64,000 nucleotides of DNA from SAR86 cluster bacterium (GCA_029254395.1 JAQWXQ010000042.1:8558-72557); one strand, 5' to 3'. Positions 1 through 11,426 are shown, counted from the stretch's first letter. A program made the numbers and translations. The notes: generated from the sequence alone by a model not told the origin.

Positions 1-71
1 GGCCCTTTACACCACACCCAGAGATAATACATAAAGATAAAAAAATGAAAAAAGAGCTAAATAGAAGCTTA

Positions 72-1466
72 TTAATATTTGTATGTTTCATCTTTGAAAG
101 GCCCTTCTTGCGGGACATTGATATATTCTGCCTGATCTTGGGTAAGCTCAGTCACAACACCCCCAAAACCTTTTACCATGAGTGATGCAACTTCTTCATC
201 TAATTTTTTAGGGAGCACTTCAACTTTTATCATAGAGGCCTTAACTTCATCATCATTGATATTTGCAAATCCCTGTTCATATAGATAAATTTGAGCCAGA
301 ACCTGATTTGCAAAAGATCCATCCATAATTCTACTTGGATGGCCCGTAGCGTTGCCGAGGTTAACAAGCCTTCCCTCAGAAAGAAGTATTAAAAAATTCC
401 TGCTACTTAAATCAGGGATAGCATCGGGTGCTGTATCCCTAAAAATTCTATGCACCTGAGGCTTAATTTCTTCCCAGTGCCACTTATCTCTCATATAAGC
501 AGTATCAATTTCGTTGTCAAAATGCCCTATATTACATACCACAGCAGTATTCTTAAGAGATGAAAGCATTGCTGAATCACAGACATTTACATTGCCTGTT
601 GTAGTGACGATGAGATCAGTATCTTTCATAAGATCAACATTTATATCTTCAATTTTTCTAGTCACCTTTCCATTTTTATAACATGAAACAACGCTATATC
701 CATCCATACAAGCTTGCATGGCACATATAGGGTCTGCTTCAACCACTCTCACTATCATACCTTCTTGAGACAGGCTAGCTGCAGAGCCTTTCCCAACATC
801 TCCGTATCCGATAACAAGTCCCTTCTTTCCAGAAAGTAACATGTCTGTTCCCCTTTTAAGAGCATCATTCAAGCTATGTCTACATCCATACTTATTATCA
901 TTTTTAGCCTTAGTAACAGAATCATTAACATTAATTGCAGGAACCTTCAGGCTATTGCTCTCTAACATTTCCTTGAGCCTATGAACTCCGGTCGTTGTCT
1001 CTTCAGAGATCCCATGTATTCTTTCTAACATTTCAGGATATCTTTCATGAATCATGGTGGTTAAGTCGCCTCCATCGTCAAGGATCATATTTGCATCCCA
1101 TGGAGTGCCATCTTTCAGAATTGATTGCTCAATACACCAATCAAACTCTTCTTCTGTTTCACCTTTCCATGCAAAAACAGGAACTCCAGCAGCAGCCATT
1201 GCAGCAGCAGCATGGTCTTGTGTAGAAAATATATTGCAAGACGACCATCTTATCTCGGCCCCAAGATCTATTAAAGTTTCCATAAGAACGGCTGTTTGAA
1301 TGGTCATGTGAATGCATCCAATTATTCTGGCGCCTTGAAGAGGCTGATCGTTTCTATATTTATCTCTTAAGGCTATAAGAGCCGGCATTTCATTTTCAGC
1401 CAAAGATATCTCTCTTCTTCCAAAATCAGACAAGCTTATATCTGCTACTTTATAGTCATTAATCAT
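72..1466 (-). CDS. ahcY: adenosylhomocysteinase (SAH hydrolase)
   Basis: Track ORF 72..1481. The N-terminus [21 protein letters not shown] and the NAD-binding GYGDVGKG are typical of AdoHcy hydrolase. I moved the start to ATG 1464-1466 (MINDYKV) because GGAGA lies about 9 nt upstream and this removes the overlap with metK. Confidence 0.93.
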   Translation of the reverse strand: MINDYKVADISLSDFGRREISLAENEMPALIALRDKYRNDQPLQGARIIGCIHMTIQTAVLMETLIDLGAEIRWSSCNIFSTQDHAAAAMAAAGVPVFAWKGETEEEFDWCIEQSILKDGTPWDANMILDDGGDLTTMIHERYPEMLERIHGISEETTTGVHRLKEMLESNSLKVPAINVNDSVTKAKNDNKYGCRHSLNDALKRGTDMLLSGKKGLVIGYGDVGKGSAASLSQEGMIVRVVEADPICAMQACMDGYSVVSCYKNGKVTRKIEDINVDLMKDTDLIVTTTGNVNVCDSAMLSSLKNTAVVCNIGHFDNEIDTAYMRDKWHWEEIKPQVHRIFRDTAPDAIPDLSSRNFLILLSEGRLVNLGNATGHPSRIMDGSFANQVLAQIYLYEQGFANINDDEVKASMIKVEVLPKKLDEEVASLMVKGFGGVVTELTQDQAEYINVPQEGPFKDETYKY

Positions 1467-1467
1467 T

Positions 1468-2643
1468 TTAATTTTCTCCATTAAATGCGTCTTTTCTTAG
1501 AGCATCTTTTTTATCTGTTTTTTCCCAACTAAAATTATTATCCAGCCTTCCGAAGTGCCCAAAAGCAGCCGTTGGAAGATAGTTTATATTTTTTAAATTT
1601 AACATTTCAATAATACTTTTTGGCCTTAGATCAAAATGCTTATCAACTAATGCATAGAGTTTTTCTTTAGAAATTTTTTCTGAATCAAAGGTGTTTATAT
1701 TGATGGATGTCGGCTCAGCCACTCCAATGGCATAAGAAACTTGGATTTCACAATAATCTGCCAAACCAGCTGCAACAATATTTTTTGCTACATAACGCAA
1801 GGCATATGCTGCAGACCTATCAACCTTAGATGGGTCTTTGCCAGAGAATGCTCCGCCGCCATGTCTTGCCATTCCCCCATAGGTATCAACAATTATCTTT
1901 CTTCCTGTCAATCCACAGTCTCCTACTGGCCCGCCAATTACAAATTTACCTGTTGGGTTGATAAAGATTTTGGTCGACTCTAGCATCCATTCCCTAGGAA
2001 CAACGGGAGATATAATTTTTTCCATCACCAAATCTTTAATCTCTTGTTGAGAAACTAATTCAGAGTGTTGCGTTGATAAAACAATAGCAGAGAGACCTTT
2101 AATACTTTTACCCTCATTTCCATAAATTACGCTCACTTGGCTTTTAGCATCCGGCCTCAGCCATTGCAGCTCGCCTGATCTCATCAATTCAGTTTGTTTT
2201 TTTACCAACCTGTGAGCTAGATCTATAGGAAGTGGCATTAAAGATTCTGTTTCGTTGCAAGCATAGCCAAACATAAGGCCTTGGTCTCCAGCGCCCTGTT
2301 CTTGGCTTTCACCCTCACCTTCATTGACACCTTGAGCAATATCTAGAGACTGTTGAGATAATAAATTTTTAATTTCACATGTATCCCCATTAAAGCCAAG
2401 GGCATCATCGTTATAGCCTATACCCAAAATTGTTTTGCGAACAACTTCTTCTATATTTGGCTTTGCAGTAGAGGTTATCTCGCCAGCAACAAATACAAGA
2501 TTATTTTTAATCATTGTTTCACAAGCAACCCTGCTCTCAGGATCGGCAGAAAGATAAGCATCTAAAATAGCATCTGAGATTTGATCACACACTTTATCTG
2601 GATGACCTGCTGATACAGATTCTGAAGTAAAAATATAACTCAT
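1468..2643 (-). CDS. metK: S-adenosylmethionine synthetase
   Basis: 391-aa ORF. Motifs [30 protein letters not shown] and GGGAFSGKD are MetK hallmarks. It sits immediately upstream of ahcY, forming a methyl-cycle pair. Confidence 0.95.
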   Translation of the reverse strand: MSYIFTSESVSAGHPDKVCDQISDAILDAYLSADPESRVACETMIKNNLVFVAGEITSTAKPNIEEVVRKTILGIGYNDDALGFNGDTCEIKNLLSQQSLDIAQGVNEGEGESQEQGAGDQGLMFGYACNETESLMPLPIDLAHRLVKKQTELMRSGELQWLRPDAKSQVSVIYGNEGKSIKGLSAIVLSTQHSELVSQQEIKDLVMEKIISPVVPREWMLESTKIFINPTGKFVIGGPVGDCGLTGRKIIVDTYGGMARHGGGAFSGKDPSKVDRSAAYALRYVAKNIVAAGLADYCEIQVSYAIGVAEPTSININTFDSEKISKEKLYALVDKHFDLRPKSIIEMLNLKNINYLPTAAFGHFGRLDNNFSWEKTDKKDALRKDAFNGEN

Positions 2644-2805
2644 ATTATCAATGTATTTAGTTGTGAATCAGATTGCTATTATTACAGTATTTAGTGAAGA
2701 AAAATAACAATAATTTTCGATATCTGGATTTTATAGAAATTTGATTTTTTTTTCTATCAATTTAGATTTTAAAATATTATGATTCTTCTTATTTAGGGGA
2801 AAAAA

Positions 2806-4800
2806 TTGAATCCATCAGAACCAACAAACGCACTGAGATTTTTATCAATTGATGCTGTCCAAAGAGCTAACTCGGGGCATCCAGGAATGCCCATGGGTAT
2901 GGCAGAAATTGCAGTTGCCTTATGGAAAAACCTTAAACATAATCCATCTAACCCAAGGTGGTTCAATCGGGATAGGTTTGTGCTGTCGAATGGTCATGGC
3001 TCAATGTTGCTTTACAGCCTCCTCCATTTAAGTGGTTATTCAATAAGCATTGATGATTTAAAAGACTTCCGTAAATTAAAGTCGAAAACCCCAGGTCATC
3101 CAGAGTATGACATTGATAATGGAATTGAGACAACAACTGGACCATTGGGTCAAGGGATTGCCAATGCAGTTGGTATGGCGATAGCTGAAAAATCTCTATC
3201 TGCCCAATTTAATACAAATGATATTTCTCCAATTGATCATTTCACCTATGCGTTTGTCGGTGATGGCTGTCTTATGGAAGGGATTTCTCATGAGGCATGC
3301 TCATTTGCCGGGACACACGAACTAGGCAAGCTTATATGTTTTTATGATCAAAATGGAATATCAATTGATGGCGAGATTGACAACTGGTTTACCGATAATA
3401 CCGTAGAGCGTTTTAATAGCTATGGCTGGCAAACCATATCGGTAGATGGCCACAATATTGATGAAATAGACAATGCTATAAGGTCAGCGAAATTGGAGGT
3501 TTCAAAACCTACAATGATCTTCTGTAAGACAACAATCGGCTTTGGTTCTCCTAACAAATCTGGCACGTCTGGTGTGCATGGTTCCCCACTTGGCGAAGAT
3601 GAGATACAGAAAACGAGAGAGGTTTTGGGCTGGAATCATGAGCCATTTAATATTCCTGCCAATGTTTATGATTTTTGGGATGCGAAAATTGCTGGCGAAG
3701 AACATAACAGTAACTGGGATTCTGTTATGCGCTCATACGAAAGCAAGCATCCTGAAAGATATGTTGAGCTTACAAGAAGAATTGATGGCAAGCTTCCAGC
3801 AAACTTTGATTCAAAATATGAAAATTTCTTGAATGAAGCAATCTCTAATGATGCGCCAATGGCAACCAGAAAAGCATCCCAAGTATGTTTAGATTTTTTT
3901 GTTAAAGAACTTCCTGAGCTAATTGGAGGCTCTGCAGATTTAACCCCATCAAATAATACTTTTTCTAAATCAAGCTCTGCTTTTTCTAATGAAAAGCCAG
4001 ATGGAAATCATATTAATTATGGTGTTAGAGAGTTTGGAATGTCAGCCATAATGAATGGGATGGTTTTGCATGGAGGAATTAAACCTTATGGAGCAACATT
4101 TTTAGTATTCACAGACTATGCAAGAAATGCTTTAAGGCTTTCAGCCCTGATGGGACTGCCCAATATTTTTGTTTATACACACGATTCAATTGCTTTAGGT
4201 GAGGATGGACCAACCCACCAACCAATTGAACACTTAGTAACATTAAGAGCTACTCCCAACCTTTATAACTGGAGGCCTGCAGATTTGGTTGAAACCGCCG
4301 TAGCATGGAAGCAAGCTGTATCAACTCTGACATCACCCTCAACGTTAATATTTAGCAGGCAAAATACTTCAGTATTAAACAGAGATAGCAACCAAGTGAA
4401 CCTCATTCAAAAAGGAGGCTATCTATTAAAAGAACATGCTGCTCCTGATTTATGCATAATTGCTTCAGGCAGCGAAGTTCAGCTTGCATTAGATGCTGCG
4501 TCAAACTTGAGTAAAGATGGGATAAATGCAAATATTATTTCGATGCCATCGCTAGATTTATTTCTAGAACAATCAGATGACTACAAGGCATCTGTTCTTG
4601 GTCAAAATCTACCAACGCTTGCCGTTGAAATGGCACATCCAGATTCTTGGTACAAACTGCTAAATAAATCAGATAAGGTTTTGGGTATTGAAACTTTTGG
4701 GGAGTCCGCTCCTGCATCGGATTTAATGGAGCATTTCGGCTTCACTATCAACAACGTTGTCTCAATGGCAAAATCATTATTAGATGAAGAGTCTAGTTGA
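2806..4800 (+). CDS. tkt: transketolase
   Basis: 664-aa ORF with a TTG start preceded by AGGGGA. It carries SGHPGMPMGMA and the ThDP-binding GDGCLMEGISHEA. Confidence 0.95.
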   Translation: MNPSEPTNALRFLSIDAVQRANSGHPGMPMGMAEIAVALWKNLKHNPSNPRWFNRDRFVLSNGHGSMLLYSLLHLSGYSISIDDLKDFRKLKSKTPGHPEYDIDNGIETTTGPLGQGIANAVGMAIAEKSLSAQFNTNDISPIDHFTYAFVGDGCLMEGISHEACSFAGTHELGKLICFYDQNGISIDGEIDNWFTDNTVERFNSYGWQTISVDGHNIDEIDNAIRSAKLEVSKPTMIFCKTTIGFGSPNKSGTSGVHGSPLGEDEIQKTREVLGWNHEPFNIPANVYDFWDAKIAGEEHNSNWDSVMRSYESKHPERYVELTRRIDGKLPANFDSKYENFLNEAISNDAPMATRKASQVCLDFFVKELPELIGGSADLTPSNNTFSKSSSAFSNEKPDGNHINYGVREFGMSAIMNGMVLHGGIKPYGATFLVFTDYARNALRLSALMGLPNIFVYTHDSIALGEDGPTHQPIEHLVTLRATPNLYNWRPADLVETAVAWKQAVSTLTSPSTLIFSRQNTSVLNRDSNQVNLIQKGGYLLKEHAAPDLCIIASGSEVQLALDAASNLSKDGINANIISMPSLDLFLEQSDDYKASVLGQNLPTLAVEMAHPDSWYKLLNKSDKVLGIETFGESAPASDLMEHFGFTINNVVSMAKSLLDEESS

Positions 4801-5935
4801 GCTAAATATTACTGACAAAAATCTTGTTATTAGGGCGGATATGAATGTCCCTATAAAAAACGGAGCTATAAAGGATTTAACAAGAATTAAAGCCTGTCTG
4901 CCTTCAATAAAACATGCTCTAGCCAATAACTGCAAAGTGCTTCTTGTTAGTCATTTAGGAAGGCCTGTAGAAGGTAAAATTGACAAAGCATTCTCACTAA
5001 GCCCAGTTGCAGAGGCCTTATCTAGCATTCTTGATGAGCCGGTGCAATTAATAAGTAGCCTTGAAAGCGATGACATATTTAATACAAAAAACAACGTACA
5101 ATTATTGGAAAATATAAGATTTTTTAGCGGCGAGATGTCCAACGATTCTTCTTTAGGAAAATTACTAGGAGGTATGGGGGATATATATGTTTTTGATGCT
5201 TTTGGTACTGCCCATAGAAAACAAGCCTCAACTCATGCTGCAATTCTTTCAAGTAAAGATTCATGTGGCGGAATTTTATTGAAGCAAGAAATAGAGTTTT
5301 TAAATAAAGCAATGCTGAATACTCTATCACCATATCTAGCTATTATTGGTGGAGCTAAAGTGTCTTCAAAGCTGGGACTTATAAATACATTAAATATGAA
5401 GGCTGATAGCATTATAGTTGGGGGAGGTATTGCTAATACTTTTTTGAAAGCGTCAGGTTATGAAGTTGGAACTTCTTTGGTTGAGGACTCTATGCTTGAC
5501 ATAGCTTCTGACATGCTCAAAAAAAATAAAATCTTACTACCATCAATGGTGGTCACATCAACTTCTTTTGAAGGCGCTGACGTAAAAATCAAAAAAATAG
5601 ATGCTGTTACAAACGACGAAATGATCCTTGACCAGTTGTTAACTGAACAAATGCAAGATGTTATCAAAAGTTCAAAATTAATACTTTGGAATGGACCGCT
5701 TGGGGTATTTGAGAATCCTCTATTTTCGTCGGGGACAGAAAGCCTTGCTCAAAACATAAAAACGTCTGACGGCTATTCTATTGCAGGTGGCGGAGAGACT
5801 CTAAGCGCAATCAATACATTCATAAACAAAGATGATGTATCATATTGTTCTACCGGTGGAGGAGCATTTTTAGAATATATGGAAGGCAAGAAACTCCCCT
5901 CTATTGAGGCTTTAAGCAGACAAGAAATTGGATAA
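4784..5935 (+). CDS. pgk: phosphoglycerate kinase
   Basis: 383-aa ORF with RADMNVP, FDAFGTAHR and STGGGAFLE motifs. It overlaps the tkt 3' end by 17 nt. Confidence 0.95.
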   Translation: MKSLVELNITDKNLVIRADMNVPIKNGAIKDLTRIKACLPSIKHALANNCKVLLVSHLGRPVEGKIDKAFSLSPVAEALSSILDEPVQLISSLESDDIFNTKNNVQLLENIRFFSGEMSNDSSLGKLLGGMGDIYVFDAFGTAHRKQASTHAAILSSKDSCGGILLKQEIEFLNKAMLNTLSPYLAIIGGAKVSSKLGLINTLNMKADSIIVGGGIANTFLKASGYEVGTSLVEDSMLDIASDMLKKNKILLPSMVVTSTSFEGADVKIKKIDAVTNDEMILDQLLTEQMQDVIKSSKLILWNGPLGVFENPLFSSGTESLAQNIKTSDGYSIAGGGETLSAINTFINKDDVSYCSTGGGAFLEYMEGKKLPSIEALSRQEIG

Positions 5936-5944
5936 GGAGAAAAA

Positions 5945-6964
5945 ATGGAATTGAATAATATAGAAGAAATAGCCTCATACATAGTTTCTGATGGGAAGGG
6001 AATTCTCGCAGCAGATGAGAGTAATCCTACATGTGGCAAGCGCTTTGACACTATCGGTGTTGAAAATATAGAAAGCAACAGAAGAGACTACAGAGAAATG
6101 TTATTTAGAGCTTCAGGCCTTAAAGATAATATTGGAGGAGTAATTCTTTTTGATGAAACGTTAAGACAAAATGCAAAAGATGGAACGCCGCTAATCGATA
6201 TTATGAATGCAGCAGGAGCACTTCCAGGAATAAAAGTTGATAAAGGTCTAATCCCAATTTCTGATGGCTCAGATGAGGTTATTACACAAGGCTTAGACGG
6301 CTTAAATGATAGGCTTAAAGAGTATGTTGCCATTGGTGCGAAATTTACAAAATGGCGAGCAGTTATTAAAATTGGAAATGACATGCCCAGTGATCAATGT
6401 ATAGATGGCAATGCAGATGCGCTAGCCGAATATGCAAAGCTTGCACAAAATAACGGGTTGGTACCTATTGTTGAACCAGAAATTCTAATGGATGGCGACC
6501 ATACTATAGACCAATCTTTTAACGCCTCATCTAGAGCACTAGCAAGTTTATTCAATTCTTTAAAAGCTAAAGGCGTTAATCTAAAAGGGGTGCTACTAAA
6601 ACCAAGCATGGTAACTCCGGGCTCTGAGGCAACACTTAAAGCAAGCGTTGAAGATGTTGCAAATATGACCCTCAAGTCTCTTAAAGAAAATGTCCCAGCA
6701 GAAGTTCCAGGAATAACTTTTCTATCAGGCGGCCAAACAGAAATTGAAGCCACACAGCACCTTGATGCAATGAACAAGATAGGCGGTTTTAGTTGGAAAT
6801 TAAGCTTTTCATTTGGAAGGGCGCTCCAAGCAGGAGCTCTTAAGGCCTGGTCAGGCGATTCTGGAAATGCATTTATTGCTCAAGATATTTTATCTCATAG
6901 AGCAAAAATGAATAATTTAGCAGCTCAGGGAGATTGGATCATAGATCTAGAAGAAGAATTTTAA
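5945..6964 (+). CDS. fba: fructose-bisphosphate aldolase, class I
   Basis: 339-aa ORF. GKGILAADES and LLKPSMV (Schiff-base Lys context) match class I aldolases. The tkt-pgk-fba order is conserved. Confidence 0.9.
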   Translation: MELNNIEEIASYIVSDGKGILAADESNPTCGKRFDTIGVENIESNRRDYREMLFRASGLKDNIGGVILFDETLRQNAKDGTPLIDIMNAAGALPGIKVDKGLIPISDGSDEVITQGLDGLNDRLKEYVAIGAKFTKWRAVIKIGNDMPSDQCIDGNADALAEYAKLAQNNGLVPIVEPEILMDGDHTIDQSFNASSRALASLFNSLKAKGVNLKGVLLKPSMVTPGSEATLKASVEDVANMTLKSLKENVPAEVPGITFLSGGQTEIEATQHLDAMNKIGGFSWKLSFSFGRALQAGALKAWSGDSGNAFIAQDILSHRAKMNNLAAQGDWIIDLEEEF

Positions 6965-6994
6965 ACGATTTTAATATAATTTTTGGAGAATTTA

Positions 6995-7582
6995 ATGGAA
7001 ATTAAGCATATATCTATTTTTTGTGGAGCACATGAGGGAAACAATCCTGTATATGCAGAAGAGGCTAAATCGGTTACTGAATTGATAGCTCAAAAAGGAG
7101 TTAATGTCGTATTTGGCGGAGGTAATGTTGGCCTGATGAAAATTATATCTGATACAGCTATAGACAATGGTGTAGAGGCCCTAGGCATTTCACTTCGCTC
7201 ACTATATGAGCTAGAGCTTGTAAATCCAAGAATAGACGAGGTTGTTGTTGCGGAAACCCTTTTGGATAGAAAGGATGTATTTATGGATAGATCTGATGCA
7301 TTCATAGTTTTACCCGGAGGTGTTGGGTCCATGGATGAGCTGTTTGAGGTTATGGCCAGCAATCAGTTAGGCATTATTAATAAACCTATAGGGATACTAA
7401 ATACGGCTGGTTATTATGATCACTTAATAGCATGGATGGTAAAAGCGGTTGACGAAGGCTTTATAACAAAAGCTAATTTTGATGACTTGATAATTGCAGA
7501 TACTCCAAAAGAGCTGGTTGAGGCCATACTTTCCAATAAAAGACCTGCAGACACAGATTGGACGAATAGACTGGGACTTTAG
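6995..7582 (+). CDS. LOG-family nucleotide 5'-monophosphate nucleosidase (TIGR00730-type Rossmann protein)
   Basis: Track ORF 6983..7582. Motifs GGGNVGLM and LPGGVGSMDELFE are present. I prefer ATG 6995 because GGAGA lies 6 nt upstream. Confidence 0.8.
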   Translation: MEIKHISIFCGAHEGNNPVYAEEAKSVTELIAQKGVNVVFGGGNVGLMKIISDTAIDNGVEALGISLRSLYELELVNPRIDEVVVAETLLDRKDVFMDRSDAFIVLPGGVGSMDELFEVMASNQLGIINKPIGILNTAGYYDHLIAWMVKAVDEGFITKANFDDLIIADTPKELVEAILSNKRPADTDWTNRLGL

Positions 7583-7583
7583 C

Positions 7584-8285
7584 TTATTTTTCTTTGCTTA
7601 TAAGTAATCCCACCTCAAATAATATCCACATTGGAATAGCTAGGAAAAGCTGAGAGAATATATCTGGAGGGGTTAAAAGCATGCCTATAACAAAAAATAA
7701 TAAAATTAAATAAGGTCTTGAGGCAGCCAAAGAAGATTTTTTAACAATACCTGAGCTCACAATCAGAAATGTAGCTATTGGCATTTCAAATGCAATACCA
7801 AAAGCAAACACAAGCTTCATTACAAAACTTATATATTGAGAAATGTCTGTCATCACCAGGACTGATCCAGGAGCAATCCCGATAAAAAACTTAAAAATTA
7901 TTGGGCAAACAACAAAATATGCGAATGCTGCCCCTGTACTAAATAAAATTACTGTAGACAGCATTAACGGGCCAACAAATAACTTCTCATTTTTAAATAA
8001 ACCTGGTGCAATAAACGACCATAGTTCATAAAAAAAATAGGGCATAGACAACAGAAATGCAGAAAAAATAAGAAGTTTGAAGGGCGCCATAAACGGGGAG
8101 GTGACCTGAGTAGCTATCATTGAACTATTCTCAGGCAGGGATGCAATTAAAGGCGATGCAAAAAAATTAAATAGATCAGAGGCAAACGGAGCTCCAACTA
8201 AAACAGCAAGGATCATCAAAACAGATACTCGTAAAAGTCTAGTTCGCAGCTCAAGAAGATGAGATGTCAATGTGTCTTTACTCAT
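7584..8285 (-). CDS. tatC: twin-arginine translocase subunit TatC
   Basis: 233-aa polytopic membrane ORF. The HLLELRTRLL N-terminus is typical of TatC, and it follows tatA-tatB. Confidence 0.9.
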   Translation of the reverse strand: MSKDTLTSHLLELRTRLLRVSVLMILAVLVGAPFASDLFNFFASPLIASLPENSSMIATQVTSPFMAPFKLLIFSAFLLSMPYFFYELWSFIAPGLFKNEKLFVGPLMLSTVILFSTGAAFAYFVVCPIIFKFFIGIAPGSVLVMTDISQYISFVMKLVFAFGIAFEMPIATFLIVSSGIVKKSSLAASRPYLILLFFVIGMLLTPPDIFSQLFLAIPMWILFEVGLLISKEK

Positions 8286-8526
8286 CTTTTTTAGAAGTGC
8301 CTGACAAATTCAGCTCTTCCATTCTCATTTCATTGAAAACATCTTTTTTTATCTCATCAGTTCCAATTTCTGATTCAAGATCGTTTTTAAAATTAGCGAT
8401 AGAGAGTTGAATTTTTTTGTAAACTTTAACAACAAACTTCACAACGTCTGGAAGTCTCGTTGGGCCAACTATAAATAGACCAACAACCAGTATTAGTAAG
8501 ATTTCCAAAAAACCAACTTGAAACAA
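8278..8526 (-). CDS. tatB: twin-arginine translocase subunit TatB
   Basis: 82-aa ORF with a TTG start. It has an N-terminal TM segment followed by the GP hinge (FIVGPTRLP) and an amphipathic helix. It overlaps tatC by 8 nt. Confidence 0.8.
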   Translation of the reverse strand: MFQVGFLEILLILVVGLFIVGPTRLPDVVKFVVKVYKKIQLSIANFKNDLESEIGTDEIKKDVFNEMRMEELNLSGTSKKDE

Positions 8527-8529
8527 TTT

Positions 8530-8685
8530 CTATTCTTCTTCTTTTTTCGGATCTTCTTTAACACCTTCTTTAAAGCCTTTTACAGCCCCACCCAGATCCG
8601 ATCCGATATTTTTTAATTTTTTAGTACCAAAAATTAGACCAACGATAAGAAGAATAATTATTAGCTCTTGCCATCCAAATCCCAT
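8530..8685 (-). CDS. tatA: twin-arginine translocase subunit TatA
   Basis: Not in the ORF track because it is under 60 aa. My own translation is [51 protein letters not shown]. This shows the classical TatA pattern FGTKKL..G.DLG.A.KGFK. AGGAGA lies 6 nt upstream of the ATG. Confidence 0.85.
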   Translation of the reverse strand: MGFGWQELIIILLIVGLIFGTKKLKNIGSDLGGAVKGFKEGVKEDPKKEEE

Positions 8686-8699
8686 ATATTTCTCCTAAA

Positions 8700-10184
8700 T
8701 TATTTTGTAAGCATTGCTAGAGCAATGATAGCTATTATAACAACTACACTGGCTCTTATCATGAATTTTTCTTTTTGAAGCTGAAGCTCCATTTTTTTAA
8801 TTTTAAGCTCATTAGACTTTTGATTCTTTGCAAACCCTCTAAGCTCATCAAGCGTCTCGAAAACAATAAGAGGAAGTTCCGATGCTTTGTGCAAGATATC
8901 CTCTTTGTTATCTAGAATAAAATCTTTTAATTTAAGCGGATTTAATTGATCTTTAAGCCAATTATCCAAATAAGGCTCTGCAATACCCCAAAAATCTAAC
9001 TCAGGATAAATTTGCCTTCCCATCCCCTCAATATGTATAAGTGTTTTTTGTAAAAGAACAAGCGACGGCTGAAGTGAGAGCCCAAATGGGCGAGTGCTCT
9101 GAAAGAGATATAGTAGCAACTTGCCAAATTCAATCTCTGATAATGGCTTTTCAAAAATTGGTTCACAACATGCCCTAAGAGTATTTTCTAGATCTATTTG
9201 ATTGGATGATACATCAACCCACCCAGACGAAATAAATAATTGAGATAAAGACTTATAATTCTGCTTTAAAACAGCTTGCAGCATTCTAGCAAGAATATAC
9301 CTTTCCTCATTAGAAAGGGACCCTGAAATAGCGCAATCTATTGCTATATAGCCTGGGTTTTCAGGATTATTTTTTGCAACAAAAATATTTCCAGGATGCA
9401 TGTCTGCATGAAAAAAGTTATCTCTAAAAACTTGGTTTAAAAAAATCATCACACCATTTTCAGCAAGCAACTTTTTATTAATACCGTGATCTTCAATTTG
9501 TTTTATATCCGTACAAGGGATCCCATCTATTTTTTCTACGACCATGACCTTAGATGTTGTTAACTCCCAGTATATTTCTGGAATATATAGCTCATCTGAA
9601 TCCAGGAAGTTTTTTCTTGTTCGACTGGTATTTGAGGCTTCTAAACGAAGGTCAAGCTCTCTCAAGATAGTTGATTCATAATTTTTAACGACTTCTAAAG
9701 GTTTAAGCCTATTACTTTCTTTATATGTTTTATCAACAATTTTTGCCACAGCCTTAAGAACTCTCAAATTTCGATTAACGTCTCTATGAATATTAGGCCT
9801 GAGGACTTTCACCACAACAGATTTTCCATTTTTTAAAGTAGCCTCATGGACTTGCGCTAAAGATGCCGCCGCTAGGGGCTCGTCGTTAAAATGCTCAAAA
9901 ATGTTTTCTACTGTGTCACCTAACTCATTCTCAATAATTTTTTTAAACTCTAAGCTATTAAATGGCTTGCATTGATCAGTTAATACTTGAAGATCTCTTG
10001 CAGTCCTTTCATCAAGAATATCGGTTCGTGTTGATAGTAATTGACCAAATTTTATAAATATTGGCCCAAGTGATTGAAGATAATTAACTGCTTTCTCTCC
10101 ATTAGGCGAGAAGAAAATGTTATTTTTTAGCCCCAAAATCCCCATTCTTGCGAGCTCGTATACAAGTACAGCAATATTGAACAT
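8700..10184 (-). CDS. ubiB: ubiquinone biosynthesis regulatory kinase-like protein UbiB
   Basis: 494-aa ORF in the ABC1/UbiB family (LGPIFIKFGQLLSTRTD, FHADMHPGNIF) with a C-terminal TM helix. It lies downstream of ubiE-ubiJ as in E. coli. Confidence 0.9.
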   Translation of the reverse strand: MFNIAVLVYELARMGILGLKNNIFFSPNGEKAVNYLQSLGPIFIKFGQLLSTRTDILDERTARDLQVLTDQCKPFNSLEFKKIIENELGDTVENIFEHFNDEPLAAASLAQVHEATLKNGKSVVVKVLRPNIHRDVNRNLRVLKAVAKIVDKTYKESNRLKPLEVVKNYESTILRELDLRLEASNTSRTRKNFLDSDELYIPEIYWELTTSKVMVVEKIDGIPCTDIKQIEDHGINKKLLAENGVMIFLNQVFRDNFFHADMHPGNIFVAKNNPENPGYIAIDCAISGSLSNEERYILARMLQAVLKQNYKSLSQLFISSGWVDVSSNQIDLENTLRACCEPIFEKPLSEIEFGKLLLYLFQSTRPFGLSLQPSLVLLQKTLIHIEGMGRQIYPELDFWGIAEPYLDNWLKDQLNPLKLKDFILDNKEDILHKASELPLIVFETLDELRGFAKNQKSNELKIKKMELQLQKEKFMIRASVVVIIAIIALAMLTK

Positions 10185-10663
10185 TAGGCGATCCTTGCCT
10201 CCAACCTGTCAATTCTTATATGAAGATCACGGAGTTTTTTGTGCAGCCTTCCAGCTTTTGATTTCATATTATCATCTCTAGACAAAATTTCTTTGTGAAG
10301 CTGAGAGGAAATAAAAGCTGCATTATTTCCAAAATATTTATCAATTAAATAAATAATATCTACATTAGATTTTTGAACAAGATTAAAAAAAACCATTGCA
10401 AGCTCAACATCGCCTTGAATAATTTGCCTAGTTATCTTCTTTTTAAAGATGATATCAATAATATCATTTAGCTCTGGATTAACTTCGAAATCTAGCTTTT
10501 TGCTTGATGAGAAGGCTATTTTTCTTACATCCTTGTTTAGCTCAATATAAATGGGAAGATGATTTTTTAAACTGACTTTAAAGCAAAGCGGATATATCTC
10601 ATAAAAGGACCGCCTTGTATTTGGTGATGCCTCTTCTAGATCCTTTAAAAATTCTGAAATCAT
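10184..10663 (-). CDS. ubiJ: ubiquinone biosynthesis accessory factor UbiJ-like (SCP2-type)
   Basis: Track ORF 10184..10753, trimmed to ATG 10663 to avoid a run-in to ubiE. The call rests on its position between ubiE and ubiB and a C-terminal RIDRLEARI helix like UbiJ. Its stop overlaps the ubiB start by 1 nt. Confidence 0.6.
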   Translation of the reverse strand: MISEFLKDLEEASPNTRRSFYEIYPLCFKVSLKNHLPIYIELNKDVRKIAFSSSKKLDFEVNPELNDIIDIIFKKKITRQIIQGDVELAMVFFNLVQKSNVDIIYLIDKYFGNNAAFISSQLHKEILSRDDNMKSKAGRLHKKLRDLHIRIDRLEARIA

Positions 10664-10673
10664 TTTTTTAGTA

Positions 10674-11426
10674 TTAATTTTTATTAGCGACATGAATTGC
10701 AACGATACCATTGAATAGATTGTAAAACTTACAGTTATCAAATCCTGATTCAAGAACCATATCCTTTAAAGATTCTTGGTCTGGATGCATTCTTATAGAC
10801 TCAGCTAAATATTGATAACTATCGCTGTCATTGGCTAAAATAGACCCTAGCTTAGGCAGAATATTGAACGAATACCAGTCGTATATTTTAGAAAATGTTC
10901 TATTTTTTGGCTTTGAAAATTCTAAAATAAGCAGCCTGCCATCATCTTTTAAACAGCGACTCATTTCGGCAATGCCTGCTTTCTTGTTAGTAAAATTTCG
11001 TAAACCAAATCCAATTGTAATAACATCAAATTGTTTATCAGCAAACGGTAAGATTTCACCATTTAATTGACAGAAATGACAATTCTTGCCAAAACTTTCA
11101 TTGATTGATCTATCCCTTCCCTCTCCAAGCATTTCCATATTTATATCTGTCATGAAAACTTCTGATTCTGGATATTCATTTAAGATTAGCTTAGCAATGT
11201 CTCCAGTGCCACTCGCAATATCTAGAACTTTTTCATTATTATTGATGCCCGAAAGCTCAACAAGAATTTTTTTCCAAATTCTATGCATACCCATAGACAT
11301 TGCATCGTTCATCACATCATAATTTTCTGCCACAGAAGAGAATACACCTTTAACATGGCTTTGTTTCTCACTAGCATCAACTTCTTTGAAGCCAAAATGT
11401 GTTTTATCCTTCACTGAGTTCCTCAT
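10674..11426 (-). CDS. ubiE: demethylmenaquinone/ubiquinone C-methyltransferase
   Basis: 250-aa ORF. HFGFKEV...KQSHVKGVFSSVAENYDVMND and the SAM-binding VLDIASGTGD are canonical UbiE. Confidence 0.95.
   Translation of the reverse strand: MRNSVKDKTHFGFKEVDASEKQSHVKGVFSSVAENYDVMNDAMSMGMHRIWKKILVELSGINNNEKVLDIASGTGDIAKLILNEYPESEVFMTDINMEMLGEGRDRSINESFGKNCHFCQLNGEILPFADKQFDVITIGFGLRNFTNKKAGIAEMSRCLKDDGRLLILEFSKPKNRTFSKIYDWYSFNILPKLGSILANDSDSYQYLAESIRMHPDQESLKDMVLESGFDNCKFYNLFNGIVAIHVANKN

Noticed and set aside
1-71. GC-richer sequence GGCCCTTTACACCACACCC at the window edge, downstream of ahcY, which might be part of a hairpin or an RNA gene.
   Set aside because: It is truncated by the window boundary, so no complete structure or gene can be supported.
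2644-2805. Possible SAM or SAH riboswitch upstream of the metK-ahcY operon.
   Set aside because: The region is almost pure A/T with no GC-paired helices or conserved riboswitch cores. There is no space between metK and ahcY for an SAH element.
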